Assembly: GCA_003427395.1 (NCBI GenBank)
Contig: BFEA01000010.1
Coordinates: forward strand, 5,439,528 to 5,498,131
DNA: 58,604 nt
Direction: 5' to 3'
From: Chara braunii
Taxonomy: Eukaryota > Plantae > Charophyceae
Made by a program: the position numbers and the translations under genes. Below, one piece after another: positions 48,409 to 58,604 of the stretch (position 1 is the first letter of the stretch; each line of letters begins with the position of its first letter). The notes beneath the pieces are model-generated. The model ran no database searches and had not been told where the DNA came from. It saw only the letters and a list, made by a program, of their open reading frames with translations.

Positions 48409-49403
48409 CAGAGATGAGCAACGGGTACCCAGACCCACACCCACCCGCACCCACCCCACCCACAAGACATTGGGTCAGGTGTGGGTCTTGATAAGCTAGC
48501 ATGAGTAGGATGAGGGTGGGTCAAGGCGAGCAAACCTGGGTGGGTGATGGGCGGGTCAATGTTAGGCCAGGGTCACCCGAATGGGTGGGTGACAAGCGGG
48601 TGAACGCTAGGCCTGGGTCACCCGACCCACAGACCCAGGACAACCCATAAGAACCCTCCCCCCGACCCCCCCCCCCCCCCCCCCCCCCCCCCCCACCCCC
48701 CACCCCCCCTTGTACATATTTCCCAGCTGCGGTCCATCTGTGGACTTCAAACNTCGGTATATTTGTGGACTTCAAAGGTTGGAGGCGCAGGAAACGGAAG
48801 GTCTACACCCTGGGGCCCCTGGGAAAAAAAGTTATCGTCCTTGAAAAAAAGAGTCACGGTAGTGGCAACTAAAAATTTGGGGTGCTTGAAAAAATGTGTC
48901 ACGCTCTACTGGTGGCAGTTGGACCACGGCCCAGACAACGGGATGTTTGCTCCCATGAAAACAACGGGGATCGGACCTGACCACAACAAGTGGCAAGCCT
49001 TAGGTTCACTACCCAATTTCAAACTTGTGGAGCGATTCGAATTTCTGCAAGCAGAGATGCTTCAAAGTTTTGCGTCGTCGTCCAAGGATGTCATGTTGCT
49101 ATGGTGCGTGCAAATATTCAAAGGGACTAAGACAATGAGGAATGGGCGGGTGCGGGTGGAAAATAATTAGGTACCGGGTGCGGGCGGGTAATTTTGATCT
49201 CGCGGGTGTGGGTGGGTCATGGTGAAGGTTTTTTACAGGTGACAGGCGGGTTGGGTGTGGGCGGAAATTTTCAAAAAAACACTCGGGTGGGTTGGGTCGC
49301 CTTGAGATGTTTTGTTTTTGTTTTTTTTTAGGGCGGGTGGTGCTTAAAAAATTATGGGCGGGTTGGGTGAAGTGCCAATTCCAAAAAAAAATGCTCATCT
49401 CTG
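48409..49403. mobile_element. Non-autonomous hAT element
   Basis: 12-bp TIR cagagatgagca / tgctcatctctg, 8-bp TSD gtcttatg / gtctcatg (1 mismatch) and sub-terminal acccg/cgggt repeats. Confidence 0.85.
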
Positions 49404-50498
49404 GTCTCATGCCAGCGCAAGCTGCTGTGGTTGTCGTGTTTGACATGACAATCATGTCGAACACGATAGCAACGACGTCTTTCCGCAGGCATGAGCCGTC
49501 TGTAGGTGAGCTCCAGTGCTGGACTGGCTTTGGTTGTCGTGTTCAACATGACAACCGCCCACAGACGTTTGATGACAGCGCAAGGAGTTGTGGTTGTCGT
49601 CTCCGGGCCCACAGTGTCGTGTGGCCGACTTTACCTCTTAGGCATAGACAACACTTCAGAGATGAAACATCGTGAACGACGACGACTCTTGGGAATAAGA
49701 AGTTTGTGGCCGGTTGTCGTGTTCAACACGACAACCAGCGTAAGTGCTGCACTGCCATTGGTTGTCGTGTTCAACACGACAGCCATCCCCAACGTCCAAT
49801 GCCCGATGCAAAATGTTGTGGTTGTCGAGTTCGACACAACCATGCTGCCACGACGTGTTGTGTAGTCGTGAGCGTGATACAGGCGGGTACGTTTCCCTTG
49901 AGCTGCGAAACGACGAAGCCACACCAGCGGCGGTTGTCGTGTTCGACATGACAACCATGACGGAGACAACGGTCTCTGCAAGTCATTATCGGTCTCGAAA
50001 AGGCGGGCCCGCGCACTCCAATGTGATACCCACGTCCGCCGCACAGAAGTGTAATGCCCGCGGGCGGCTAACATCTTGGTCATCGTGTTAAACATGACAA
50101 TCGTCGCCAGAGTCGTGTTCATGTGAGCAGTTTCAGTCGCCGTGATGAACCCGACAACCGTCGCTTACGACAATACCCACGACCTATTCAACCAAGTGCT
50201 CCGTTACCAGATACTGTCGGGGAGCGACGACCGTCGTGTTGAACACGACAACCGCCGACATGATTGAACATAGCCATCCACATACAAGTGGTTCGTTACC
50301 TCTGTCTGCGGTGCCTTAGGTTGATACCAGATTCATCTCCGTAACATTTCAACCCTAGGCTATGTCTGTCGTGTGTAGGAAGTTGTCGACTGTCTGCATG
50401 GTCGGCATGTGCAGTGCAATTTCGTGTGAGCTTGATTGTTTGCATTGTCCGGACGAGGACAATTGTTCTCTTCTGCGTCGGCCTTGTACTGTTGTTGA

Positions 50499-51338
50499 TT
50501 GTTGCACTTGTGTCGTGCAGGGCGCGTCGCTGTCACGATGGACATCTCTCACTGGATGACCCCTGTAGTTTGGCGTGAGCGAAAGGCACACCCTTTCCCC
50601 CCTTGCGCGCTGCACGTCTGTCGATGTCGAGAGCGCACAACCGTCGTCGGTGCGAGTATGGCGGACTTCGATTCTGATCCTTGGATGACGGTCGTCCTGT
50701 TTATCGATGAACATTTAGATTTCTCGGAAGAGTATCAGTGGGAGAACATGATTACAAAGTGCCCGTGGGCAGACGACTATAAGTTCGCCAACATGTTGGA
50801 CTTCATAAGTTATATTCCTGTGCCATCCGATGTGCTAGGTCCCGTGCATTTGCGTCAGTTGTGTACGCAGTTGAAACTGAACCACCTTCATAGTGTTCTA
50901 GACTGCAAATACGTGACTGCCTCGCCGCGCACATGGTGCTGTGTTATGAAGGAGTTACTCGACTGTGCGCGACATTCACAGTTCCTCGATCAGTATCCTT
51001 TGCGATCTCCTGGTTTGTTGCCTCGAGCAGTTTCATATTGCTGTGTCAGATTGCGTCTGGGATACTTCACCTTTTGTAGGGTCCTCTGCATTGCATGTTC
51101 GAACAGGACTAGGAACCTGATTGACGCTGTTGTGTATGTGTCCAGGAATCAATTGTTTATGTCCGGAAGGGATATGAGTTTAGTTCAAAGAGAAGTCAAT
51201 GGGAAATTGGATATCGTCGTTGGTGGCAAGGTGGACGACATCGACGCATGGCGCAAGGTTAAGAAAAAAGTGGTCTCTATTCGGGATGCTATAGGCAGTT
51301 CTCTCGTCGGAAACTCCGGCTTCATACACATGAAATAA
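50499..51338 (+). CDS. Hypothetical protein (ATG candidates at 50538 and 50658)
   Basis: 840-nt open frame with globular-like composition, lying in a palindrome-free island of the array. No domain recognised. Confidence 0.4.
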   Translation: MLHLCRAGRVAVTMDISHWMTPVVWRERKAHPFPPCALHVCRCRERTTVVGASMADFDSDPWMTVVLFIDEHLDFSEEYQWENMITKCPWADDYKFANMLDFISYIPVPSDVLGPVHLRQLCTQLKLNHLHSVLDCKYVTASPRTWCCVMKELLDCARHSQFLDQYPLRSPGLLPRAVSYCCVRLRLGYFTFCRVLCIACSNRTRNLIDAVVYVSRNQLFMSGRDMSLVQREVNGKLDIVVGGKVDDIDAWRKVKKKVVSIRDAIGSSLVGNSGFIHMK

Positions 51339-53492
51339 ATTTCAGTGTTTGCTAAGACGGCTACCGCCCAGGAGCCACAATATCTGACCTTTGGATCGAT
51401 ATTTCACAATTTGGATGGGTACAATGGTGGGAGCGTTCCCCGTCATCGTTAGATGTTCTTCGTCATTCCCCGTCGTTGTTAGATGTTTTCCGTCATTAGA
51501 TGCGTTTCACAATTTGTCATTCCTGTTGTGGTTGTAGCTGGCATCGTTCAGTCTATCTGTTCTTCAGTTCTTCTGCTAGTCCGACGCTTCCATTGTCAGT
51601 GCTTTGAAAACGCTCTGTTTTGCGCTACATTCCGTCCGCTATTGGCAACCCTTTTTCTCGTGGTGCCATGAACATAGAACCATTGTCGCGTCTCCATTTG
51701 TTCAAAGTACATCATCATGGATTTTGCGTTGAGCGAGAAGTGTACAGTGTCTGATTGTTGTCCTCATCATGTATTTCGATAGCCTGCGAAGTCACGAATG
51801 TCGTCCAATGAGCCTTTCTGCTTATACTGTGGATTTGACATATCTCGCTTGCATGTCGTCCATTGAGACTTTCTGCTAATACTGTGGATTTGACACAACT
51901 CGCTTGAATTTGTAAGGGTTGGTCCAACAATGCATGTTGTGCTGTATTATGAAAAGTTAAAACAATGTATTGGAAAACCGCCTTGTGTTCCCATTTCCGC
52001 CCTGCATGTGTCCTTTCCGATGTACATGATGTTTCTTCCGGAGGACTCTTGTTCTTCGACGCGCCAAATCCTTCTGAGGAGAGTGTTATCGTGTTCGACA
52101 CGACGACCCCAGAAGGAGAGTGTTACCGTGTACGACACGGCGACCCTGCAGGTCGGGAGGGCACCTATGTCCGGGATGGGATGGTGTAGAAAACTAAGCC
52201 ATCCTCCTAAGAAGAATCGTCAGAAGGGACTAAGTCATCCTTCTAAACGACGATCATTGTGTTGAACTTGATAACCAGACCAAGTGATCCTCCTAGACGA
52301 CGACCGTCGTGTTGAACACGACAACCAGCGATGAGTATCGGATCGAACACGATGATGATTTTTACTAGTCGATAACTAGTCCTCCTAAACGAAGACCGTC
52401 GTGTTGAACAGAACAACCGACGACGAGTGCCGGAGCCAACACGACGGTGCTCCTTGGTAGGTCGTTCTCGTTGGGCCGTCAATATTCTAGACTGCACACC
52501 TGTGGAAAACTAAGCGATGCTTAAGAAAAATCGTTTGCACACCTGTGGAAAACTAAGCCATCCTCCTAAGAAGAATCGTCGGAGGGCACTATCCTTCTAA
52601 ACGACGATCATCGTGTTGAACCAGAGTGCATGATCCTCCTAATCGACGACCGTCGTGTTGAACACGACAACCAGCGACGAGTGTCGGGTCGAACACGACG
52701 ATGCTCCTCGGTAGGTTGGTCTCGGTGGGCCGTTAGGATTGTAGATNNNNNNNNNNNNNNNNNNNNNNNNNNNNNNNNNNNNNNNNNNNNNNNNNNNNNN
52801 NTCTCGGTGGGCCGTTAGGATTGTAGATGAAGTCGATAACCACACTAAGTCCTAAACGACGACTGTCGTGTTGAACACGACAACCAGCGACGAGTGCCAG
52901 TATTCTATACCGCATACCTATGGAAAGCACGAGAAACCGCTGACCCCAGCATCCTTTTTCTCGTGAGACTGCACACTATCGAAAAGTGAGAAAACCCCTG
53001 TCCTCATTGTGTTTCTTCAGCCACCCCGCATGCGCCCGGGTCCCGTGATCGTGTTCGACGCGACAGTCCTAGACACAGGGCGAGTGTTGGGCGTGTGGAA
53101 GGCGATAATGCTCTTCGGACGGTTGTTGTCATGTTCAACACGACAATTTTGCGGGAGGGGTGGTCGTGTATGACACGATAAGACATTATAAGAAGCATCG
53201 TATGAAGGGGTTTGATCGTGTCCATCGCGAGGATCCGGGTACTGCCTTTCTAATTTGCTACATTTGTAATGTCGGTCGGTGATTCCCTTAGCAAATTGGC
53301 AATCACTATCACAGGGGACTCTGCAAAATGGATGTTGTGGACGCATATTAAGGGAAAAGGTCAAGGACCAGGAGCTCTGCGAGTTTCGAGCGCTCGCCCA
53401 AAAAGTCGAAGGGAACCCCGGTTGCTGGGATCGAGAAAAAAGAGACGCCTGGGTCTAAGGCGATTGTGCAGCGACGATCATCAAGCTCAACA

Positions 53493-55790
53493 ATGTTGAC
53501 ACCTGTGCATTGCGGTACACCGGTTTCAGGTCCCACGAATCGCCTAAGGGGATATGATCAAGCCAGGGAGGTCGCATTGCATGCCCAGACACCGGGGCGT
53601 GGTGGAGGGTCTGGTGGTCGCGGTCAAGAGTCTGGCGGTCGCGGTCAAGAGTCCGGTGGTCGTCGTCAAGGGTCTGGTTGTCGTAGGCAGAGCTATGCGC
53701 AAGAGACAGCGGGCCATGGAGGCTCTGTTGAGAAGTCCGTCCATAGGCGGTCCAAGGAGGTGCCCGTGGTTGACCACAAAGAAAAATTCTGGTTGTTGGA
53801 TTGGGTGGGCGATGTAGGGGAGGCTGGTAGTGGTTTGCTTTTATACACCATAATTCAGGAACAAATCAGACCGATAGGGGGTATAGTGTCTTGGTCAGGG
53901 AAACGAAATCCATTTGCAACTTTCGAGATGACTATGGTCCTCAACGACAAAGACGAGAAAGTCGCGAGTGTGAAACATGTCGCGGTCAGGTGGACCAATC
54001 ATAAAGGATATGATAAATCGCTCGTGGATCTTTTCAATCCAGATCCACGTCAGGAACTGAGACTGCCTGATCTTCCTATGGTTTTCGACTTCTTCGACAG
54101 CAATAAGGTTCCAGGTCAGGAGGCCGTGACTCAGAAAGATGACATTACTACAGAACCGAAAAGTGTTATGTCAGCGGCCGCACTAGGACAATCATCCGCA
54201 GCCCACGAGCGACCTTCTGTAGGTGCCTTGCCACTTCGGACGTCAGTCTCTACGCCGGTTGTACCGAAATGGGGTCACATCGCTAGCGAGGGCCTTCTTC
54301 TGGGACCGGTGGCGCCGCAAACGCCAAAGGAAATTCGACCTGTGGGAGGGAAGGAGCCGCTCAGCTATTTGCGTGGCATGATGCATTCGTCGACCACATC
54401 TGGTGCAGATGTCCAACGTCATCAAAAACCAACATATTTCGAAGATCGGGGGGAAGAGAGCAGTGGAGAAAGTACAGAGAGAGAAGAGGACGAGGAAGGG
54501 TCGCAGGGCCGAAGTAGGGAAAGTCGCGGAGAGGAAGAAGAGGATAGTGAAAACACTATCAGCGAGAAAAAAACACAGCTTGAACATGATCGAGGGGAGC
54601 TTCACGTCCGCCACGGGGACAACAACGATTACGAGAAATCTGACGATCGTGTCGAACACGATGACGAACCGCTCGAGGAAGAGCCGCAACAGAAAAAGAG
54701 TGGGAAAGGTCGCCCTGCGAGAACAAGAACTCCTTCGTCAGCCCCTGCAGCTGTCAGGGACGTTGACGAGAGAAAAAGAAAAGCGAGGCACGAGAGGACA
54801 AAAAGTCTTGAGCAGAAAAGGAGCAGGAAAGAGTCAGTGCAAAAAAGACAAGTGCAGCCTCTGCCGATGGAAGAAGCAGTCCAACGTGCTCGCGACGCAG
54901 ATGCTGCTGCCAAACAAAAGCCGATGAGGAAAAAGAGAGCAGCGAAGGGTGGCACGATGGAGAAGACGACTGTTTTCCCCGCATCTGAACAACCACAGTA
55001 CGGGGACGAGAGAAAAGGAAAGACTGTCGCGAGACCATCAAGCTTACAACTCTCGCCAAGTGAACCAGAGACTTTGCATCTCGACAAAGGTTTCTTTTTA
55101 GACTACAACAGTGATGGTACTCGAAAGAACGACATACAGTTCATCTCTATTGAATTCGACAAGATTCTGGATATTCCTGATAAGGAATTCAGATATAATC
55201 AGAGATTCCTCGGCCAGAATCACATTGACGAGATATACGAAGCGATGGTGTCATCAGGTGAAACGACCATCAGAGAAAGAACAACAGGCAGGACGGGGTT
55301 GAGCACATGTCCGCTGTATGAGAAACCAATATTGCTGCTGGTTGCTCTGCATAACAAATTGCGTGTAGACTCATCGGGAAAAATTATGCGAGTAAGAAGG
55401 GTCACTCCTGAAGAGTTTTACGATAAACAACTGGAAAGTTGCTTCTGGTACCCTCTGAGTGACCAACACAACGTGGCAGCAGCAAGAAGATGTTTTCGCA
55501 AAAATGCAGCCGTGGCAAATGAGTTGCAGCTCAATTACTGGACAGTTAGGCCAGTCTACTATCCAGACCACTTCATGGATCATTATGGGACGTTGAGCAC
55601 ATTCCAGAATGCGAAAGACAAATGGAACACTCCGCCTCATCAAAGCATCGTAGTTCAGGATATTAGGAAGTTGTGGAAGGCGTTCGGCTGTCCAGATGCC
55701 AAAGGTGGACAGGGAACTGATGTCAAAAATGTGGAGTACAGAAAGTTTGCAGGAAAGGCTCTGAGAGTGACTGACATAGATTATTACCTG
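53493..55790 (+). CDS. Large hypothetical protein with acidic/basic low-complexity middle and a possible ParB/DGQHR-like domain, truncated at the 3' end by an insertion
   Basis: Open frame of more than 760 codons. The segment YNQRFLGQNHIDEIYEAM..KPILLL..WYPLSDQHNVAAAR resembles the ParB/Srx N-domain pattern. After ~55790 the frame runs into TE repeats and (TA)n. Confidence 0.6.
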
Positions 55791-55882
55791 CGTAGCACCC
55801 CGTTCGTGTTCTCCGACGAACGCGAACGCGTTCGCCCGAATGCGAACGGGCTCCGAAAATTAATGAACGCGAACATTTTATA

Positions 55883-55916
<34 letters not shown>

Positions 55917-56344
55917 GGTCGGGGAGGGCATGGGTGGTGTCCCTGACCCCCGACCCCCTGCCCCCCTCCCCGGTGTCTGCGAAGGGGGGGCTCTCATTAC
56001 ACCTCCCCGCCCCCCAGCCCCCTTCCCCCCCTCGGACAGACTGTATGTGACAGTCTGTGTGTGCTGTCCCCTACCAGCCACAGACGTGTGACAGACTTCC
56101 CGTCACAGTCTGTCACATTCAAGGTGTTGGGCAACACCCAAATTGTGCCCCCCACCATATCCACCCCATCGCACAGTTCGTATGTGCTGTCCCCCACCAG
56201 CCTGACACATGTGACAGACTGTCCATCGCAGTCTGTCACAGTTGGTCTTTTGGCCAGCACACACGACTGTCTGTCACACAGTCACAGTTTGTATGTGCTG
56301 CCCCCCACCCGCCTGACACATGTGACAGACTGTCCATCACAGTC

Positions 56345-56642
56345 TGTCACAGTCGGTCTTTTGGCCAGCACACACAGACTGTGACAGACAATCTGTTGAT
56401 TCGTTGCAAAACTTGCAACACACAAAGTGGTGGGGGGCAGCCGCTGTTACAGTTTGTGTTTGCTTCCCACCAGATTGTGACAGACTGTCTGTCCAGTCTG
56501 TCACAATCTGGTGGGCAGCAAACACAAACTGTAACAGAGGCTATCCCCCACCCACCACTTTGTGTGTTGCAAGTTTTGCAACGAATCAACAGACTGTCTG
56601 TCACAGTCTGTGTGTGCTGCCCAAAAGACTGACTGTGACAGA
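56345..56642. repeat. ~300-bp near-perfect inverted repeat
   Basis: Arms cagactgtgacagacaatctgttgattcgttgcaaaacttgcaacacacaaagtggtggg and its reverse complement (56551-56610). The inner arms meet near 56490. Confidence 0.9.
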
Positions 56643-57154
56643 CATTTGACACAGGCCGTGACAGACTCTATCACACAGTAACACACACACCTGCACTTGC
56701 TGCAATAACACACACACAGTGTCACACACATACATACACTTGCTGCACACACACACACACACGCACAAGCACACATACGTACAGTCGTTGCACTCACACA
56801 GTCACACACTCACAGTCTGTCACTGTCCGTCACAGTCTGGTGGGCAGTCTGTCACACACTCACACACTCACACACTCACACACACACACTCACACACACA
56901 CACTCACACACTCACACACTCACATTGTACAACACACACACTCTGTCACACACTCGGACACTCAGACACAAACACTGACATTCACACAGTCACACACTCA
57001 CACTATCAACCTCACCGTCTGTCACAGTCTCACACTCACACACTCACACACTCACAGTCACACACACAGTCACACACTCGCACTCACAGTCTGTCATAGT
57101 CTGTCACACGCTCTGTCACACACTCAGGCACTCACACACTCACTCACACACTCA

Positions 57155-57213
<59 letters not shown>

Positions 57214-57347
57214 ATAGGAGGAGTGCAGGACAAGGAAGTGCACAAACAAACCGGAATGCAAAAGCAACTTTTCACTGTTTTCAGGGCTTCAGGTGAAAAC
57301 AAGCAGCAAGGTATGTGGTCCACAATGTCGCGAAAGATAACGGGTTC

Positions 57348-57443
<96 letters not shown>

Positions 57444-58123
57444 TCTCTCTCTCTCACACAGGCCGATCTGCAATCCCACCCACCCCCTTCTCTCCAGCAC
57501 CTGCCACATCAGGAATGTCGTCGTCGTCGTCGTCCCTTTCGTGCTCCAACGCCATCCGCACCCTCTCCAGCAGATGAGGTGGAAGCTTTGCACCGGTGCG
57601 GTGCAGCCTCTTCCAAATGGAGAGGTTCGCACCCGGACATCTGGCGGACGCCCTCGCCGTGACGAAGTGCTCCCACTCACGTTTCCGGTTTCCTTTGTAC
57701 TCCTTGTTGCAGATTTGGCAGCGCAGCCTTCTCGACCCGCGAGAGTTGCCTGGCAAATTCTGCCCAGGAGTCACCCAGGTCCACACCACGTGGTCCCTTG
57801 GGCAGGCCATGTCCTCCTCGAATGGCTCCTCTGGCTCGTTTGCCATGTCACCCGACAGCAGACACCGCAAGCGGCAATGGGGGTGCACACATGGGGCTGC
57901 TACGGCGAGAACTGCTGATGTGGCACCTCCTCACGTGCCTGTTGCTGACGAAGCAGGTCCGGACGTGACAGTCGTCGACGTGGTCGCTGCTCCTGGCGTG
58001 GGACGTGGCATCGATTCCTGCCGAGGCAGCGTCTGACGTGGCGGCTGCAAATCCTCCTGCTGCCGTCGCAGCTGTGATCATGCGCATACGCGAAGCGATG
58101 CAGGGGTGTAAGAATCCGAAATC

Positions 58124-58149
<26 letters not shown>

Positions 58150-58156
<7 letters not shown>

Positions 58157-58604
58157 CGACAAGGACGAAGGCGACAGGAGGAAGAGGAGGAAGAAGTGCA
58201 AGAAGGTAGAGGGACGAGGAGAAAAGAAGGAGAAGAAGAGGAGGAGAAGAAGAAGAAGACGAAGATGGGGAGGAGAAGGATAAGAAGAAGAAGAAGAGGA
58301 AGATGACAAAAGGAGGAGGAGAAGAGGAGAAGAAGATGACCAATGGAGGAGGAGGACGATAGAAAGAAGAAGAATCAGAAGAAAGGAGGAGGGGGATGAG
58401 ATGGTGAGGAGGAGGGCGACGCAGATCAGATCAAGAAGATGAGGAGAGGAGGAGGAGAAGGAGAAGATGAGGAGGAGGAGGAGGAGGAGAGGTGTAGGAG
58501 AAGGTAACGAGGAGAAGGAGGAGGAGGAGGAGGAGAGGTGTGGAAGAAGAAAAGAAGAAGAAGAAGAAGAAGAAGAAGAAGAAGAAGAAGAAGAAGAAGA
58601 AGAA
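58150..58604. repeat. (GGA/GAA)n polypurine tract
   Basis: Degenerate, then perfect, GAA repeats. Confidence 0.95.

Larger units (their letters stand above)
44510..54665. repeat. Dispersed array of the palindrome GTCGTGTT(C/G)AACACGAC and variants
   Basis: Dozens of copies seen by eye, e.g. near 45510, 45835, 46088, 47937, 47970, 48030, 48078, 48205, 48285, 48368, 49432, 49535, 49714, 49762, 49934, 50080, 50232, 52088, 52305, 52397, 52610, 52651, 52865, 53048, 53127 and 54646. Confidence 0.9.
55791..58604 (-). mobile_element. hAT-derived element with BED zinc-finger remnant; extends beyond the window
   Basis: gaacgcg sub-terminal repeats at 55800-55875. ORF 57454-57888 (-) contains VWTWV..LRCQICNKEYKG....EHF....C. 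Internal microsatellites and foldbacks. Confidence 0.6.

Noticed and set aside
47930-50260. CRISPR array (palindromic repeats with spacers)
   Set aside because: The context is eukaryotic, there are no cas genes, spacing is irregular, repeats are degenerate and several spacers are duplicated.

Overview
This window is repeat-saturated eukaryotic nuclear DNA from a draft assembly with N gaps. The plant-type U6 and 25S rRNA sequences and the TE repertoire suggest a streptophyte alga such as Chara (inference). The only plausible host gene is an intronless F-box/LRR-like ORF (14858-16285, -). The rest is nested mobile DNA: four degraded L1-type LINEs, a chromodomain Ty3/gypsy element, hAT and MITE insertions, tRNA-derived SINEs, a decayed 25S/28S rRNA fragment and three U6-derived sequences. 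Three regions stand out. (1) A Penelope-like element has the permuted GIY-YIG/CxC/RT order of the Chlamys type plus an extra upstream gag-like zinc-knuckle ORF; it sits in a LINE 3' UTR with a 13-bp TSD. (2) A ~17-kb block (38.7-55.8 kb) combines a Sola-like DDD transposase remnant, dozens of dispersed copies of the palindrome GTCGTGTTSAACACGAC and a large ORF with a possible ParB/DGQHR-like domain. (3) A near-perfect U6 body with a rearranged 5' end is flanked by two copies of a 70-bp foldback. A Nextera mate-pair junction adapter at 12690-12727 marks an assembly artefact. All coordinates and identities were read by eye.
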